Assembly: GCF_003334385.1 (NCBI RefSeq)
Contig: NZ_QOWN01000007.1
DNA from: Escherichia coli
Lineage (GTDB): Bacteria > Pseudomonadota > Gammaproteobacteria > Enterobacterales > Enterobacteriaceae
Strand: one strand, 5' to 3'
Length of the DNA stretch: 64,000 bases
In this document: positions 42,564 through 58,505 of the stretch, piece after piece
Layout of the letters: every line of letters starts with the position of its first letter
Numbering within the stretch: position 1 is the first letter of the stretch
Notes under the pieces: model-generated
Databases searched by the model: none
The model's input: only the letters and a program-made list of their open reading frames with translations
Told to the model about the DNA's origin: nothing
Position numbers and translations under genes: made by a program

Positions 42564-43736
42564 TCAGGCCTTATGGTGGAAATAATCACTCAGGCGAGAA
42601 AACATGCTGCCTTCCCCGACAGATTCCAGGGTAACCAGCGGCCAGTGCGCCACCTGTTTATCACGGTCGTAAAGTTCAATTTCCCCTACCCGCTGATGGG
42701 CGCTAATTGGCGCGGTGAGTTCTTTACCATCAAGGGTATATTTGGCTTTGATATGTGGAATTTCGGCTTTCGGTAGCACCATCCAGAACTCTTGTTCCGT
42801 TCCCAGGGCGATATTTTCTTTATCGCCATACCAGATGCGTTCCGTACCGACCTTTTTCCCACGGTGCAAAATTTGCACCGTAGTAAAGTTTTGTTGCCCC
42901 CAACGCAGTAATTTTCTTGCCTCTTCCTCACGACCTTTTGCGCTGTCAGCACCCATTACCACTGCAATGAGACGACGCTGCCCATCTACAGCCGAAGCAA
43001 TGAGATTAAACCCGGCACCAGAAGTATGACCCGTTTTCAGGCCGTCAACATTCATGGTTTTATCCCACAATAACCCGTTACGGTTTTGCTGGGTGATACC
43101 GTTCCAGGTGAGGCTTTTCTCACTGTACATATGATAAAACTCGGGCTCGCCGTGGATGATAGCACGAGAAAGCACAGCTAAATCATAAGCCGAGCTATGC
43201 TGACCTGGCGCATCCAGGCCATGCACTGTTTCAAAATGCGTATCCTTGAGATGCAGCTTCTCGGCATAGTTGTTCATCATTTCAACAAACTGCCGTTGCC
43301 CACCGGCAATATAGTCAGCCAGAGCAACACAAGCGTCATTTCCGGAATCAACAATTAAACCACGGCTTAAATCACGTACCGATACGCGATCGCCCTCTTT
43401 CAAAAACATCAGTGAAGAACCGACAAACACCGGATTATCTTTCGCCCACGCATCGCGCCCCACGGTGACAATATCGTCTGGCGTAATGCGATGACTATCG
43501 ATAGCGCGATCCACGACATAACCCGTCATCAGCTTTGTCAGGCTGGCGGGATTGCGCTGTTGATGCTCATTACCCGCGGTGAGGATCTGTCCGGTGGTGT
43601 AATCCATCAGTACCCAGGACCCGGCATGAATCTCTGGAGGCTGAGGTGAAAAAGGAATGTTTTCCGCCGCAAAACCAGACGATAAGTTAAAAACGAACAA
43701 AGAAGCAGCAATAATAAGACGGCGTTTCAACAGCAA
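42564..43736 (-). CDS. dacD: D-alanyl-D-alanine carboxypeptidase DacD (PBP6b)
   Basis: 390 aa, SxxK motif (ASLTK), matches DacD. Confidence 0.9.
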   Translation of the reverse strand: MLLKRRLIIAASLFVFNLSSGFAAENIPFSPQPPEIHAGSWVLMDYTTGQILTAGNEHQQRNPASLTKLMTGYVVDRAIDSHRITPDDIVTVGRDAWAKDNPVFVGSSLMFLKEGDRVSVRDLSRGLIVDSGNDACVALADYIAGGQRQFVEMMNNYAEKLHLKDTHFETVHGLDAPGQHSSAYDLAVLSRAIIHGEPEFYHMYSEKSLTWNGITQQNRNGLLWDKTMNVDGLKTGHTSGAGFNLIASAVDGQRRLIAVVMGADSAKGREEEARKLLRWGQQNFTTVQILHRGKKVGTERIWYGDKENIALGTEQEFWMVLPKAEIPHIKAKYTLDGKELTAPISAHQRVGEIELYDRDKQVAHWPLVTLESVGEGSMFSRLSDYFHHKA

Positions 43737-43938
43737 ACCCTCAGGAGTTTCAAATAGCTGTTCTTTTTACGGAAATACTTATGAACTGGCTGGAATAAAG
43801 TGCAAGAAAATGTGACTACCCTCTCATTTTTATCTGACATGATCTGTTGCCACTCGCTGCCAAATTGTGGCGCTAAAGCTGATTAGCACGGTGATATTTG
43901 ATACTCTGGCAGACAGCAGAAATAACGGATTTAACCTA

Positions 43939-45366
43939 ATGATGAATGACGGTAAGCAACAATCTACCTTTTTGTTTCACGATTACGAAACCTTTGGCAC
44001 GCACCCCGCGTTAGATCGCCCTGCACAGTTCGCAGCCATTCGCACCGATAGCGAATTCAATGTCATCGGCGAACCCGAAGTCTTTTACTGCAAGCCCGCT
44101 GATGACTATTTACCCCAGCCTGGAGCAGTATTAATTACCGGTATTACCCCGCAGGAAGCACGGGCGAAAGGAGAAAACGAAGCCGCGTTTGCCGCCCGTA
44201 TTCACTCGCTTTTTACCGTACCGAAGACCTGTATTCTGGGCTACAACAATGTGCGTTTCGACGACGAAGTCACACGCAACGTTTTTTATCGTAATTTCTA
44301 CGATCCTTACGCCTGGAGCTGGCAGCATGATAACTCGCGCTGGGATTTACTGGATGTTATGCGTGCCTGTTATGCCCTGCGCCCGGAAGGAATAAACTGG
44401 CCTGAAAATGATGACGGTCTACCGAGCTTTCGCCTTGAGCATTTAACCAAAGCGAATGGTATTGAACATAGCAACGCCCACGATGCGATGGCTGATGTGT
44501 ACGCCACTATTGCGATGGCAAAGCTGGTAAAAACGCGTCAGCCACGCCTGTTTGATTATCTCTTTACCCATCGTAATAAACACAAACTGATGGCGTTGAT
44601 TGATGTTCCGCAGATGAAACCCCTGGTGCACGTTTCCGGAATGTTTGGGGCATGGCGCGGCAACACCAGCTGGGTGGCACCGCTGGCGTGGCATCCTGAA
44701 AATCGCAATGCCGTAATTATGGTGGATTTGGCAGGAGACATTTCGCCATTACTGGAACTGGATAGCGACACATTGCGCGAGCGTTTATATACCGCAAAAA
44801 CCGATCTTGGCGATAACGCCGCCGTTCCGGTTAAGCTGGTGCACATCAATAAATGTCCGGTGCTGGCCCAGGCGAATACGCTACGCCCGGAAGATGCCGA
44901 CCGACTGGGAATTAATCGTCAGCATTGCCTCGATAACCTGAAAATTCTGCGTGAAAATCCGCAAGTGCGCGAAAAAGTGGTGGCGATATTCGCGGAAGCC
45001 GAACCGTTTACGCCTTCAGATAACGTGGATGCACAGCTTTATAACGGCTTTTTCAGTGACGCCGATCGTGCAGCAATGAAAATTGTGCTGGAAACCGAGC
45101 CGCGTAATTTACCGGCACTGGATATCACTTTTGTCGATAAACGGATTGAAAAGCTGTTGTTCAATTATCGGGCGCGCAACTTCCCGGGGACGCTGGATTA
45201 TGCCGAGCAGCAACGCTGGCTGGAGCACCGCCGCCAGGTATTCACACCCGAGTTTTTACAAGGCTATGCAGAAGAGATTCAGATGCTGGCGCAGCAGTAT
45301 GCCGACGATAAAGAAAAAGTGGCGCTGTTAAAAGCGCTTTGGCAGTACGCGGAAGAGATTGTCTAG
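43939..45366 (+). CDS. sbcB: Exodeoxyribonuclease I (start at MMNDGKQQ; the ORF extends upstream to 43867)
   Basis: 475 aa, matches SbcB. Confidence 0.9.
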   Translation: MMNDGKQQSTFLFHDYETFGTHPALDRPAQFAAIRTDSEFNVIGEPEVFYCKPADDYLPQPGAVLITGITPQEARAKGENEAAFAARIHSLFTVPKTCILGYNNVRFDDEVTRNVFYRNFYDPYAWSWQHDNSRWDLLDVMRACYALRPEGINWPENDDGLPSFRLEHLTKANGIEHSNAHDAMADVYATIAMAKLVKTRQPRLFDYLFTHRNKHKLMALIDVPQMKPLVHVSGMFGAWRGNTSWVAPLAWHPENRNAVIMVDLAGDISPLLELDSDTLRERLYTAKTDLGDNAAVPVKLVHINKCPVLAQANTLRPEDADRLGINRQHCLDNLKILRENPQVREKVVAIFAEAEPFTPSDNVDAQLYNGFFSDADRAAMKIVLETEPRNLPALDITFVDKRIEKLLFNYRARNFPGTLDYAEQQRWLEHRRQVFTPEFLQGYAEEIQMLAQQYADDKEKVALLKALWQYAEEIV

Positions 45367-45408
45367 TTTGAAGCCTCCGCCGCTGATACGGCGGAGGACA
45401 ATGTTGGG

Positions 45409-45636
45409 TCAGGCTTTTTGAACGGTGATGCTCCACGCAGCATCGCCAATCTGCTGATAATCGGTGATGGCATGTCCTTCTTCTGCCGCCCATTGTGGGA
45501 TTGCTTCTGTTGCCTGGGTGCAATCAAACTCAATTACCAACTCATCGCCGCTGGTCATTTCTGCCAGTGCTGCTTTTGCTTCTATGAGTGGAAACGGACA
45601 GACCTGCGTCACCACATCCAGCTTTTTAATCGCCAT
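45409..45636 (-). CDS. yeeD: TusA-like sulfurtransferase
   Basis: 75 aa with CPFP motif. Confidence 0.85.
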   Translation of the reverse strand: MAIKKLDVVTQVCPFPLIEAKAALAEMTSGDELVIEFDCTQATEAIPQWAAEEGHAITDYQQIGDAAWSITVQKA

Positions 45637-45649
45637 CTTTACACCTTAC

Positions 45650-46708
45650 TTAATTTGCCGCAGCAGTCGCCAGTCGCGCCTTACGCTGCGGTCGAACATA
45701 CACAAGCCAGGACGCAGTCCAGACACCGAGAATCATAAATACAAGGCCAACCCAGCCCTGCCAGGTCATCATTGCAGTCATAACCAGTCCATTACCGATA
45801 GAGCAACCACCTGCAATACTGGCACCGAAGCCCATCAGTACACCACCTAACCCGCTACGTAATGTTGTTTGTGCATCAGCTGCGCGAACGCGGAACTCAC
45901 GGCTCCCTTTGGCTGCAATAAATGACCCCACGAAGATCCCTAACACCAGGAAAACGCCCCAGTTAATGTATTTCACGTCACCCGCGACCAGAAATTGCAG
46001 AATATTGGCCGTTGGGGAAGTGATTCCTAACCCAAACATGCGTCCGGTTGCTTCACTCAGGGGCCAGGCTAAAAGCGCAATCAAACCGATGAGTACAGCA
46101 GTGACAAAGGGATGCCAGCGTTTTTCAAACAGAATATGAGCGATACCGGTTCGGCGCGGCGGTAAGGTCGCGACTTTGAGTTTTGGCTTCTTCAACTCTT
46201 TCATCACCACCCAGAGCGTTATCACCAGCAAAACGGTAACCAACGGCCACACAGACAAATTAAAAGTCTCAGCAATAGAGTTATGTTCAGTACTGTAGTG
46301 CTGCAAGGTTTGATTTAAACCACTGGCATGTGGAGAACGCATCACCGCACTCATCACCATATAAGTGAAAAGCGCGATCCAACTGCCGATCAATCCCTCC
46401 CCCGCGCGATACCAGGTCCCGGTGGCACATCCACCCGCCAGAACAATTCCCAGCCCGAAGATATACCCACCTATAACAGTACCAAGCCACGGGAACGCCC
46501 CGGCTTCGTAAGTCAGTAGGCCCGCCTGAATTAACGCAAAAACCCCCACGCTTTGTACCGAAATTGCAATCAGCAGGGCATAAAACATGCGATTATTTTT
46601 CGCGATATACATATCGCGAAAACCACCAGTCAGGCAAAAACGCCCACGCTGCATGACAAATCCCAGCAGAGCACCACAAATTAGCCCGCTTAATATCATT
46701 GAAAACAT
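45650..46708 (-). CDS. yeeE: Thiosulfate transporter YeeE
   Basis: 352 aa membrane protein, synteny. Confidence 0.85.
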   Translation of the reverse strand: MFSMILSGLICGALLGFVMQRGRFCLTGGFRDMYIAKNNRMFYALLIAISVQSVGVFALIQAGLLTYEAGAFPWLGTVIGGYIFGLGIVLAGGCATGTWYRAGEGLIGSWIALFTYMVMSAVMRSPHASGLNQTLQHYSTEHNSIAETFNLSVWPLVTVLLVITLWVVMKELKKPKLKVATLPPRRTGIAHILFEKRWHPFVTAVLIGLIALLAWPLSEATGRMFGLGITSPTANILQFLVAGDVKYINWGVFLVLGIFVGSFIAAKGSREFRVRAADAQTTLRSGLGGVLMGFGASIAGGCSIGNGLVMTAMMTWQGWVGLVFMILGVWTASWLVYVRPQRKARLATAAAN

Positions 46709-46886
46709 AAATTAATTAACCAGATGAATGTTAATAGGGAAATTATTCATGACCGGTGGAATGCAGACCAATAACCAAATTCTCTAAATTAGAACAAATG
46801 GTTATTAATGAGGATGTCGATAAAAAAGAATAAAAAAACCGGAGCCCAATATTCATTCGACTCCGGTTTATTATTACAAAAGATGA

Positions 46887-48245
46887 TTACGCTACGTCTT
46901 CGTACTGCGGAACCGGATTACGGAAACTCTTGGTGACGCAAGCCAGGTAAATCAGACCGATAGCCGCCCAGATCAGACCCAGAACCATTGAGCTTTCTTC
47001 CAGGTTAACCCACAGCGCACCAACGGTCAGCGCACCACACATCGGCAGGAACAGATACTGGAAGTGATCTTTCAGCGTCTTGTTACGCTTCTCACGGATC
47101 CAGAACTGCGAGATGACCGACAGGTTAACGAAGGTGAACGCCACCAACGCACCAAAGTTGATCAGCGCTGTAGCCATTACCAGGTCGAAGTTGATTGCCA
47201 GCAAGGCAATCGCGCCAACCAGGATGATGTTCATCGCCGGAGTACGCCATTTCGGGTGTACATAACCGAAGAAGCTTTTCGGGAATACGCCGTCACGCCC
47301 CATTACGTACATCAGACGCGCAACGCCTGCATGCGCCGCCATACCGGACGCCAGTACGGTAATGGTGGAGAAGATCAGCGCACCAACCTGGAATGCTTTA
47401 CCTGCAACATACAGCATGATTTCAGGCTGTGACGCATCCGGATCTTTAAAGCGAGAGATATCCGGGAAGTACAGCTGCAGGAAGTAAGTTGCAAAGATGA
47501 AGATCATGCCGCCAATCAGCGCGGTCAGGAAAATCGCACGCGGGATCACGCGCTCTGCATCTTTGGTTTCTTCCGACAGGTTGCTGATGCCGTCAAAGCC
47601 GGTAAAGGAGAAGCACAGGATTGTCGCCCCGGTAATCATCGGGATAACATGCGCATCGCCAGACCAGAATGGACGAGTGCTCGCCAGCGTACCAGCGCCT
47701 TCACCTTCAAATACGCCATAAACAACCATGCCCAGAATCACCGCGATCAGCACTACCTGCAACACGACGATTACAGTGTTGAAGTTCGCTACGGATTTCA
47801 GACTACGCAGGTTAAAGGCGGTCATAAAGGCCACCAGCGCCACCACAAACATCCACGATGGGATGGAAGGCACCAGAGCTTCAAAATAAATTTTCGCCAG
47901 CAGAATGTTGATCATCGGCGCGAACAGATAGTCGAGCAGAGAAGACCAACCCACCATAAAGCCGACAGTCGGGCTAATGGATTTCTGGGCGTAAGTGTAT
48001 GCAGAGCCAGCAGAAGGATAGCGGCGAACCAGCTTCCCGTAGCTCAGAGCCGTAAACAGGATCGCAATCAATGCGAACGCATAGGCTGTCGGCACATGAC
48101 CATCCGTGAGGCCTGAAACGATACCAAAAGTATCAAACAGCGTCATCGGCTGCATATAGGCAAGACCCATCATTACAACCGGAACTAACGTAAGCGTTTT
48201 ACGCAATTCCACGCGAGAGGTGTTTGGAGTAACGTTATGCGACAT
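46887..48245 (-). CDS. plaP: Putrescine importer PlaP (YeeF), APC family
   Basis: Membrane transporter matching PlaP. Confidence 0.85.
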   Translation of the reverse strand: MSHNVTPNTSRVELRKTLTLVPVVMMGLAYMQPMTLFDTFGIVSGLTDGHVPTAYAFALIAILFTALSYGKLVRRYPSAGSAYTYAQKSISPTVGFMVGWSSLLDYLFAPMINILLAKIYFEALVPSIPSWMFVVALVAFMTAFNLRSLKSVANFNTVIVVLQVVLIAVILGMVVYGVFEGEGAGTLASTRPFWSGDAHVIPMITGATILCFSFTGFDGISNLSEETKDAERVIPRAIFLTALIGGMIFIFATYFLQLYFPDISRFKDPDASQPEIMLYVAGKAFQVGALIFSTITVLASGMAAHAGVARLMYVMGRDGVFPKSFFGYVHPKWRTPAMNIILVGAIALLAINFDLVMATALINFGALVAFTFVNLSVISQFWIREKRNKTLKDHFQYLFLPMCGALTVGALWVNLEESSMVLGLIWAAIGLIYLACVTKSFRNPVPQYEDVA

Positions 48246-48511
48246 GGTCATTCTCCTTTACGGTGATAACCGTCGCGTAAGCAAAAAATTGCCCCATTTT
48301 TTTGGATTCCTCAGCGACAACAACTGTCGATTTTTAGTAAATATCTATCCGGTACGAAGCCCGGCCTCTTGGTATGAATGATTGGTTTGAAGCAAAAAAT
48401 AACCGACGCTGATGAAACGTCGGTTTTTAGTCATTTTTTGACAGCGGCGCATTGTGCCTAAATGGGGGGGAAATGACAAGAGAATGAGAGGCTTGTCATA
48501 ATAATTTTTCT

Positions 48512-49441
48512 TTAAATGGCTGATTTTCCGTCATCAGATTTTGCATAAACACCGGCGATCGCACTATTTGCTAAAATTTCATCTCGCCACCAGCCGCTGG
48601 CAAGGCCTGCGGTCTGTTCGTTCCAGCCAATCCAGACGGGTTCAAAGAGAGTTTGGGCGACCACTTTCTTCTCGATTAACGCGCCACTATCGAGAAACCG
48701 TTGCGCCAGATAACGGGGTAAATAGCCGCAGCCGAGGCCGCTAATTTGCAGCTCCAGCTTGGTTTTAAAATCGAAAACGGTAATGGCTTCTTGTTCGTCG
48801 AGAAGTTGTGAGGCCGTAGAAGCGCCTGCCTGCGCAGTATCCCCCACCACAATCGCCCGATATCGCTTAATAATACGACGGTTTAACGGCTCTTCTTCCA
48901 GGGCTAACGGATGATGAGGCGCGACCGCAAAGACTTGTTCCAGATCGCCCAACCGTGAAAAACCAAACTCACTGGAAGATGGTGGCTCATGCATCGCGCC
49001 AACAATAATATCCGCTCGCCCCTGAGTCAGGGCATCCCAGGAACCACCGAGTACGCCATTGATAAACTTCAGGCGCGTCACGCTATGATGTTGATAAAAA
49101 GCTTCAATCAGTGGCGCAAGCAGAGAAAAAGGAAACGTGTCGTCCACGCCAATCACCAGCTCGTTTTCCCAGCCTTCATGCAGTTTGATCGCCTGCTTTT
49201 CCAGTTCTCGCACGGTATGCAGAACTTCCCGCCCTTTCTCTAATAACATTTTTCCGGTACGGGTGAATTTAGCGCGGTGACCGCTACGATCAAGCAATTG
49301 AATATTAAGGTCGCTTTCCAGCTTGTGAACGGTATAACTCAGAGCGGACGGCGTCTTATAGAGTTTGGCCGACGCCGCCGCAAAACTGCCTTCTTTTTCT
49401 AAGGCATCGAGGATCATCAACACATCCAGCAGTGGTTTCAT
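48512..49441 (-). CDS. yeeY: LysR-family transcriptional regulator YeeY
   Basis: LysR HTH; synteny. Confidence 0.85.
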   Translation of the reverse strand: MKPLLDVLMILDALEKEGSFAAASAKLYKTPSALSYTVHKLESDLNIQLLDRSGHRAKFTRTGKMLLEKGREVLHTVRELEKQAIKLHEGWENELVIGVDDTFPFSLLAPLIEAFYQHHSVTRLKFINGVLGGSWDALTQGRADIIVGAMHEPPSSSEFGFSRLGDLEQVFAVAPHHPLALEEEPLNRRIIKRYRAIVVGDTAQAGASTASQLLDEQEAITVFDFKTKLELQISGLGCGYLPRYLAQRFLDSGALIEKKVVAQTLFEPVWIGWNEQTAGLASGWWRDEILANSAIAGVYAKSDDGKSAI

Positions 49442-49486
49442 ACACGCCCCCTTGCAGTGCATGCGGCGTCCTGCTGGCGTGATCGT

Positions 49487-50311
49487 TTACTCCAGCGGCA
49501 TTACCAGCGGATCGGGATACTGGTATTCAAATCCCAGTTCATTACAAATCCGACTGCCATCAATAATCTTACCTTTGCCGCTGTCCAGACTATTTCTGAA
49601 CTGCGGAGGCTCCAGCCCCAGTAAACGGGCCATCTGCGGATAGAAAACATTACGCGCAGGGTGAGCTGGCGCACATATATTATAGATGTGTCCGCCTTTA
49701 GGTGCCTGTAACAACAGAGTGATAGCGCCAATAACATCTTCTAAATGGACTAAATTAACACCATGTTCACCATCAGGCGCGGTTTTTCCGGCAAAGAAGC
49801 GTCCGGGATGACGTCCCGGTCCGACCAGCCCCGCAAGACGCAGAATATCGACCGAAGTACCGGGTAAATTGTGCAGCCAGTCTTCGAGTTCTTCTAATAC
49901 TCGTCCACTGTTGGTCACCGGATTACGCGGGGTGGTTTCTTTCACCGTGCCTTGCGCGTCGCCATAGACAGATGTTGAGCTGGTGAAAATAATGCGGGGA
50001 ATACGATGGGCCAGCGCGCTATCCACTAACTCTTGTACCGCTTGTAAATAGAACTCATCGCCGGGGCCGCTACGACGTGCCGGAAGCGTAATGACCAGCG
50101 CGTCGGCATCCATCAGGGCATCCAGATCGTCAGAATCGCAAACTAGCTCAGGCTCCATGCGAAGCAGATAGCTATCAATGCCACTCATTCGGGCCGCTTC
50201 GACACCATCTTGTGTGGTTTTACTCCCGGTGACTTGCCAGCCTCGCGCTGAAAGTGACATCGCCAGCGGCATGCCTAACCACCCTAACCCGACAATTGCG
50301 ACCTTTTTCAT
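49487..50311 (-). CDS. yeeZ: NAD-dependent epimerase/dehydratase family protein YeeZ
   Basis: 274 aa Rossmann protein; synteny. Confidence 0.85.
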   Translation of the reverse strand: MKKVAIVGLGWLGMPLAMSLSARGWQVTGSKTTQDGVEAARMSGIDSYLLRMEPELVCDSDDLDALMDADALVITLPARRSGPGDEFYLQAVQELVDSALAHRIPRIIFTSSTSVYGDAQGTVKETTPRNPVTNSGRVLEELEDWLHNLPGTSVDILRLAGLVGPGRHPGRFFAGKTAPDGEHGVNLVHLEDVIGAITLLLQAPKGGHIYNICAPAHPARNVFYPQMARLLGLEPPQFRNSLDSGKGKIIDGSRICNELGFEYQYPDPLVMPLE

Positions 50312-50393
50312 CCGTTATCTCCTGATACACCTTAGATCTATAAGGCTACGCTAGCGTATCAAAACTGACAATTCATTCTATGAATGAATCTGT

Positions 50394-50648
50394 TCAATAA
50401 TGATAACGACATGCTGCAATGAGCAGTGAATCGTCGGTAACCGCGTATACCAGACGGTGCTCCTCTGTAATGCGTCGGGACCAGAAACCTGACAAATTAT
50501 GTTTCAGGGGTTCTGGCTTCCCCTTACCTTCAAATGGCGTTCTGCGGGTATCTTTGATAAGTTCATTGATCTTTTTAACAATTCGCTTATCTGTTTCCTG
50601 CCAGTACAGATAATCGTCCCATGATTCCTCAGACCAGATTAGTTTCAC
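50394..50648 (-). CDS. yoeB: Type II toxin YoeB (ribosome-dependent mRNA interferase)
   Basis: 84 aa, matches YoeB. Confidence 0.9.
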
Positions 50649-50896
50649 TCAATGATGTCCTTTTCCGTTCCTTTGCCTGATTTCAGGCTATCGATTGAGT
50701 CCATCAATCTCCGGGCGTTAGCGGGGGAACGCAGTAGATAAGCCGTCTCTTCCAGGGAGTTATATTCTTCGAGTGACATCAGAACACAAGCCTCTCCATT
50801 CTGACGAGTAATAAGGATCGGGGCATGATCTTCAACGGCTTTCATCATTGTTGCCGACAAATTCTGACGCGCTTCGCTGTAGCTAATTGTACGCAT
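50645..50896 (-). CDS. yefM: Type II antitoxin YefM (start at [11 protein letters not shown])
   Basis: 83 aa, matches YefM; 4-nt overlap with yoeB. Confidence 0.9.
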
Positions 50897-50911
50897 GTCA
50901 ATCTCCTCTTT

Positions 50912-50929
50912 TGTACAGTTCATTGTACA
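50912..50929 (-). promoter_or_regulatory. yefM-yoeB operator: palindrome TTGTACA-N6-TGTACAA upstream of the yefM RBS
   Basis: TGTACA-core palindrome read from sequence; consistent with the known YefM/YoeB autoregulation site. Confidence 0.55.
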
Positions 50930-51179
50930 ATGATGGGCGTTAATTAACTATTTATTAATTAGTTTGTAGATCAAGATATTGTCAGTGAGACGAAAAATCC
51001 AGGCTTCGCTATTTTGGGTACCGTCAGGTTAGAGGACAGTCCTCTTAGCCCCCACCTTTCCCCGCTCATTCATTAAACAAATCCATTGCCATAAAATATA
51101 TAAAAAAGCCCTTGCTTTCTAACGTGAAAGTGGTTTAGGTTAAAAAACATCAGTTGAATAAACATTCACAGAGACTTTT

Positions 51180-51230
51180 ATGACACGCGTTCAATTTAAA
51201 CACCACCATCATCACCATCATCCTGACTAG
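51180..51230 (+). CDS. hisL: his operon leader peptide (MTRVQFKHHHHHHHPD)
   Basis: Seven consecutive His codons immediately upstream of the attenuator hairpin. Confidence 0.9.
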   Translation: MTRVQFKHHHHHHHPD

Positions 51231-51293
51231 TCTTTCAGGCGATGTGTGCTGGAAGACATTCAGATCTTCCAGTGGTGCATGAACGCATGAGAA

Positions 51294-51327
51294 AGCCCCC
51301 GGAAGATCACCTTCCGGGGGCTTTTTT
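51294..51327 (+). terminator. his attenuator terminator (agcccccggaag / cttccgggggct followed by TTTTTT)
   Basis: Perfect GC-rich stem and T-run read from sequence. Confidence 0.85.
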
Positions 51328-51375
51328 ATTGCGCGGTTGATAACGGTTCAGACAGGTTTAAAGAGGAATAAGAAA

Positions 51376-52275
51376 ATGACAGACAACACTCGTTTACGCA
51401 TAGCTATGCAGAAATCCGGCCGTTTAAGTGATGACTCACGCGAATTGCTGGCGCGCTGTGGCATTAAAATCAATCTTCACACCCAGCGCCTGATCGCGAT
51501 GGCAGAAAACATGCCGATTGATATTCTGCGCGTGCGTGACGACGACATTCCCGGTCTGGTAATGGACGGCGTGGTTGACCTCGGGATTATCGGCGAAAAC
51601 GTGCTGGAAGAAGAGCTGCTTAACCGCCGCGCCCAGGGTGAAGATCCACGCTACTTTACCCTGCGTCGTCTGGATTTCGGCGGCTGCCGACTTTCACTGG
51701 CAACGCCGGTTGATGAAGCCTGGGATGGCCCGCTCTCCTTAAACGGTAAACGTATCGCCACCTCTTATCCTCACCTGCTCAAGCGTTATCTCGACCAGAA
51801 AGGTATCTGTTTTAAATCCTGCTTACTGAACGGTTCTGTTGAAGTCGCCCCGCGTGCCGGACTGGCGGATGCGATTTGCGATCTGGTTTCCACCGGTGCC
51901 ACGCTGGAAGCTAACGGCCTGCGCGAAGTCGAAGTTATCTATCGCTCGAAAGCCTGCCTGATACAACGCGATGGCGAAATGGAAGAATCCAAACAGCAAC
52001 TGATCGACAAACTGCTGACCCGTATTCAGGGTGTGATTCAGGCGCGCGAATCAAAATACATCATGATGCACGCACCGACCGAACGTCTGGATGAAGTCAT
52101 CGCCCTGCTGCCAGGTGCCGAACGCCCAACCATTCTGCCGCTGGCGGGTGACCAACAGCGCGTAGCGATGCACATGGTCAGCAGTGAAACCCTGTTCTGG
52201 GAAACGATGGAAAAACTGAAAGCGCTGGGTGCCAGTTCAATTCTGGTCCTGCCGATTGAGAAGATGATGGAGTGA
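51376..52275 (+). CDS. hisG: ATP phosphoribosyltransferase
   Basis: 299 aa from [11 protein letters not shown]; matches HisG. Confidence 0.9.
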   Translation: MTDNTRLRIAMQKSGRLSDDSRELLARCGIKINLHTQRLIAMAENMPIDILRVRDDDIPGLVMDGVVDLGIIGENVLEEELLNRRAQGEDPRYFTLRRLDFGGCRLSLATPVDEAWDGPLSLNGKRIATSYPHLLKRYLDQKGICFKSCLLNGSVEVAPRAGLADAICDLVSTGATLEANGLREVEVIYRSKACLIQRDGEMEESKQQLIDKLLTRIQGVIQARESKYIMMHAPTERLDEVIALLPGAERPTILPLAGDQQRVAMHMVSSETLFWETMEKLKALGASSILVLPIEKMME

Positions 52276-52280
52276 TCGCC

Positions 52281-54651
<2,371 letters not shown>

Positions 54652-54652
<1 letters not shown>

Positions 54653-55718
54653 TGAGTCAGAAGTATCTTTTTATCGATCGCGATGGAACCCTGATTAGCG
54701 AACCGCCGAGTGATTTTCAGGTAGATCGTTTTGACAAACTCGCCTTTGAACCGGGCGTGATCCCGGAGCTGCTGAAGCTGCAAAAAGCGGGCTACAAGCT
54801 GGTGATGATCACTAATCAGGATGGTCTTGGAACACAAAGTTTCCCGCAGGCGGATTTCGATGGCCCGCATAACCTGATGATGCAGATATTCACCTCGCAA
54901 GGCGTGCAGTTTGATGAAGTGCTGATTTGCCCACACCTGCCCGCCGATGAGTGCGACTGCCGTAAACCGAAAGTAAAACTGGTGGAGCGTTATCTCGCTG
55001 AGCAAGCGATGGATCGCGCCAACAGTTATGTGATTGGCGATCGCGCGACCGACATTCAACTGGCGGAAAACATGGGCATTAATGGTTTACGCTACGACCG
55101 CGAAACCCTGAACTGGCCAATGATTGGCGAGCAACTCACCAGACGTGACCGTTACGCTCACGTAGTGCGTAATACCAAAGAGACGCAGATTGACGTTCAG
55201 GTGTGGCTGGATCGCGAGGGTGGCAGCAAGATTAACACCGGCGTTGGCTTCTTTGATCACATGCTGGATCAGATCGCCACCCACGGCGGCTTCCGCATGG
55301 AAATCAACGTCAAAGGCGACCTCTATATTGACGATCACCACACCGTCGAAGATACCGGCCTGGCTCTGGGCGAAGCGTTAAAAATGGCTCTTGGCGACAA
55401 ACGCGGTATTTGCCGCTTTGGTTTTGTACTGCCGATGGACGAATGCCTTGCCCGCTGTGCACTGGATATCTCTGGTCGCCCGCACCTGGAATATAAGGCC
55501 GAGTTTACCTACCAGCGCGTGGGCGATCTCAGCACCGAAATGATCGAGCACTTCTTCCGTTCGCTCTCATACACCATGGGCGTGACGCTACACCTGAAAA
55601 CCAAAGGTAAAAACGATCATCACCGTGTAGAGAGTCTGTTCAAAGCCTTTGGTCGCACCCTGCGCCAGGCCATCCGCGTGGAAGGCGACACCCTGCCCTC
55701 GTCGAAAGGAGTGCTGTA

Positions 55719-55719
<1 letters not shown>
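54652..55719 (+). CDS. hisB: Bifunctional histidinol-phosphatase / imidazoleglycerol-phosphate dehydratase
   Basis: 355 aa. Confidence 0.9.
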
Positions 55720-57797
<2,078 letters not shown>

Positions 57798-57804
<7 letters not shown>

Positions 57805-58409
57805 CAGAACAACAACGTCGCAAACTGGACTGGGAAAAAACCGACGGACTTATGCCGGTGATTGTGCAGCACGCGGTATCCGGTGAAGTGTTAATGCTGG
57901 GCTATATGAACCCGGAAGCCTTAGATAAAACCATCGAAAGCGGCAAAGTCACCTTCTTCTCGCGCACTAAACAGCGACTGTGGACCAAAGGCGAAACGTC
58001 GGGCAATTTCCTCAACGTAGTAAATATTGCGCCGGACTGCGACAACGACACGTTACTGGTGCTGGCGAATCCCATCGGCCCGACCTGCCACAAAGGCACC
58101 AGCAGCTGCTTCGGCGACACCGCTCACCAGTGGCTGTTCCTGTATCAACTGGAACAACTGCTCGCCGAACGCAAATCTGCCGACCCGGAAACCTCCTATA
58201 CCGCCAAACTGTATGCCAGCGGCACCAAACGCATTGCGCAGAAAGTGGGCGAAGAAGGCGTGGAAACCGCACTGGCAGCGACAGTACATGACCGCTTTGA
58301 GCTCACCAACGAGGCGTCTGATTTGATGTATCACCTGCTGGTGCTGTTGCAGGATCAGGATCTGGACTTAACGACGGTGATTGAGAACCTGCGTAAACGG
58401 CATCAGTGA
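57798..58409 (+). CDS. hisI: Bifunctional phosphoribosyl-AMP cyclohydrolase / phosphoribosyl-ATP pyrophosphatase
   Basis: 203 aa. Confidence 0.9.
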
Positions 58410-58458
58410 GTTGCGGGGTAAGCGGATGCGATATTGTTGTAGCATCCGGCAAAAAAAA

Positions 58459-58489
58459 CGGGCAAGGTGTCACCACCCTGCCCTTTTTC
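58459..58489. terminator. Bidirectional terminator between hisI and wzzB (A8 run, GC-rich imperfect hairpin, T5 run)
   Basis: Hairpin with flanking A and T runs. Confidence 0.5.
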
Positions 58490-58505
58490 TTTAAAACCGA
58501 AAAGA

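Noticed and set aside
51201-51221. Run of CAC/CAT codons as a simple-sequence repeat
   Set aside because: This is the seven-histidine codon tract of the hisL leader peptide, which is functional in attenuation.
58420-58450. Inverted repeat cggatgc ... gcatccg after hisI as a REP element
   Set aside because: It is a short single palindrome adjacent to the his terminator and does not match the REP consensus well enough to call.
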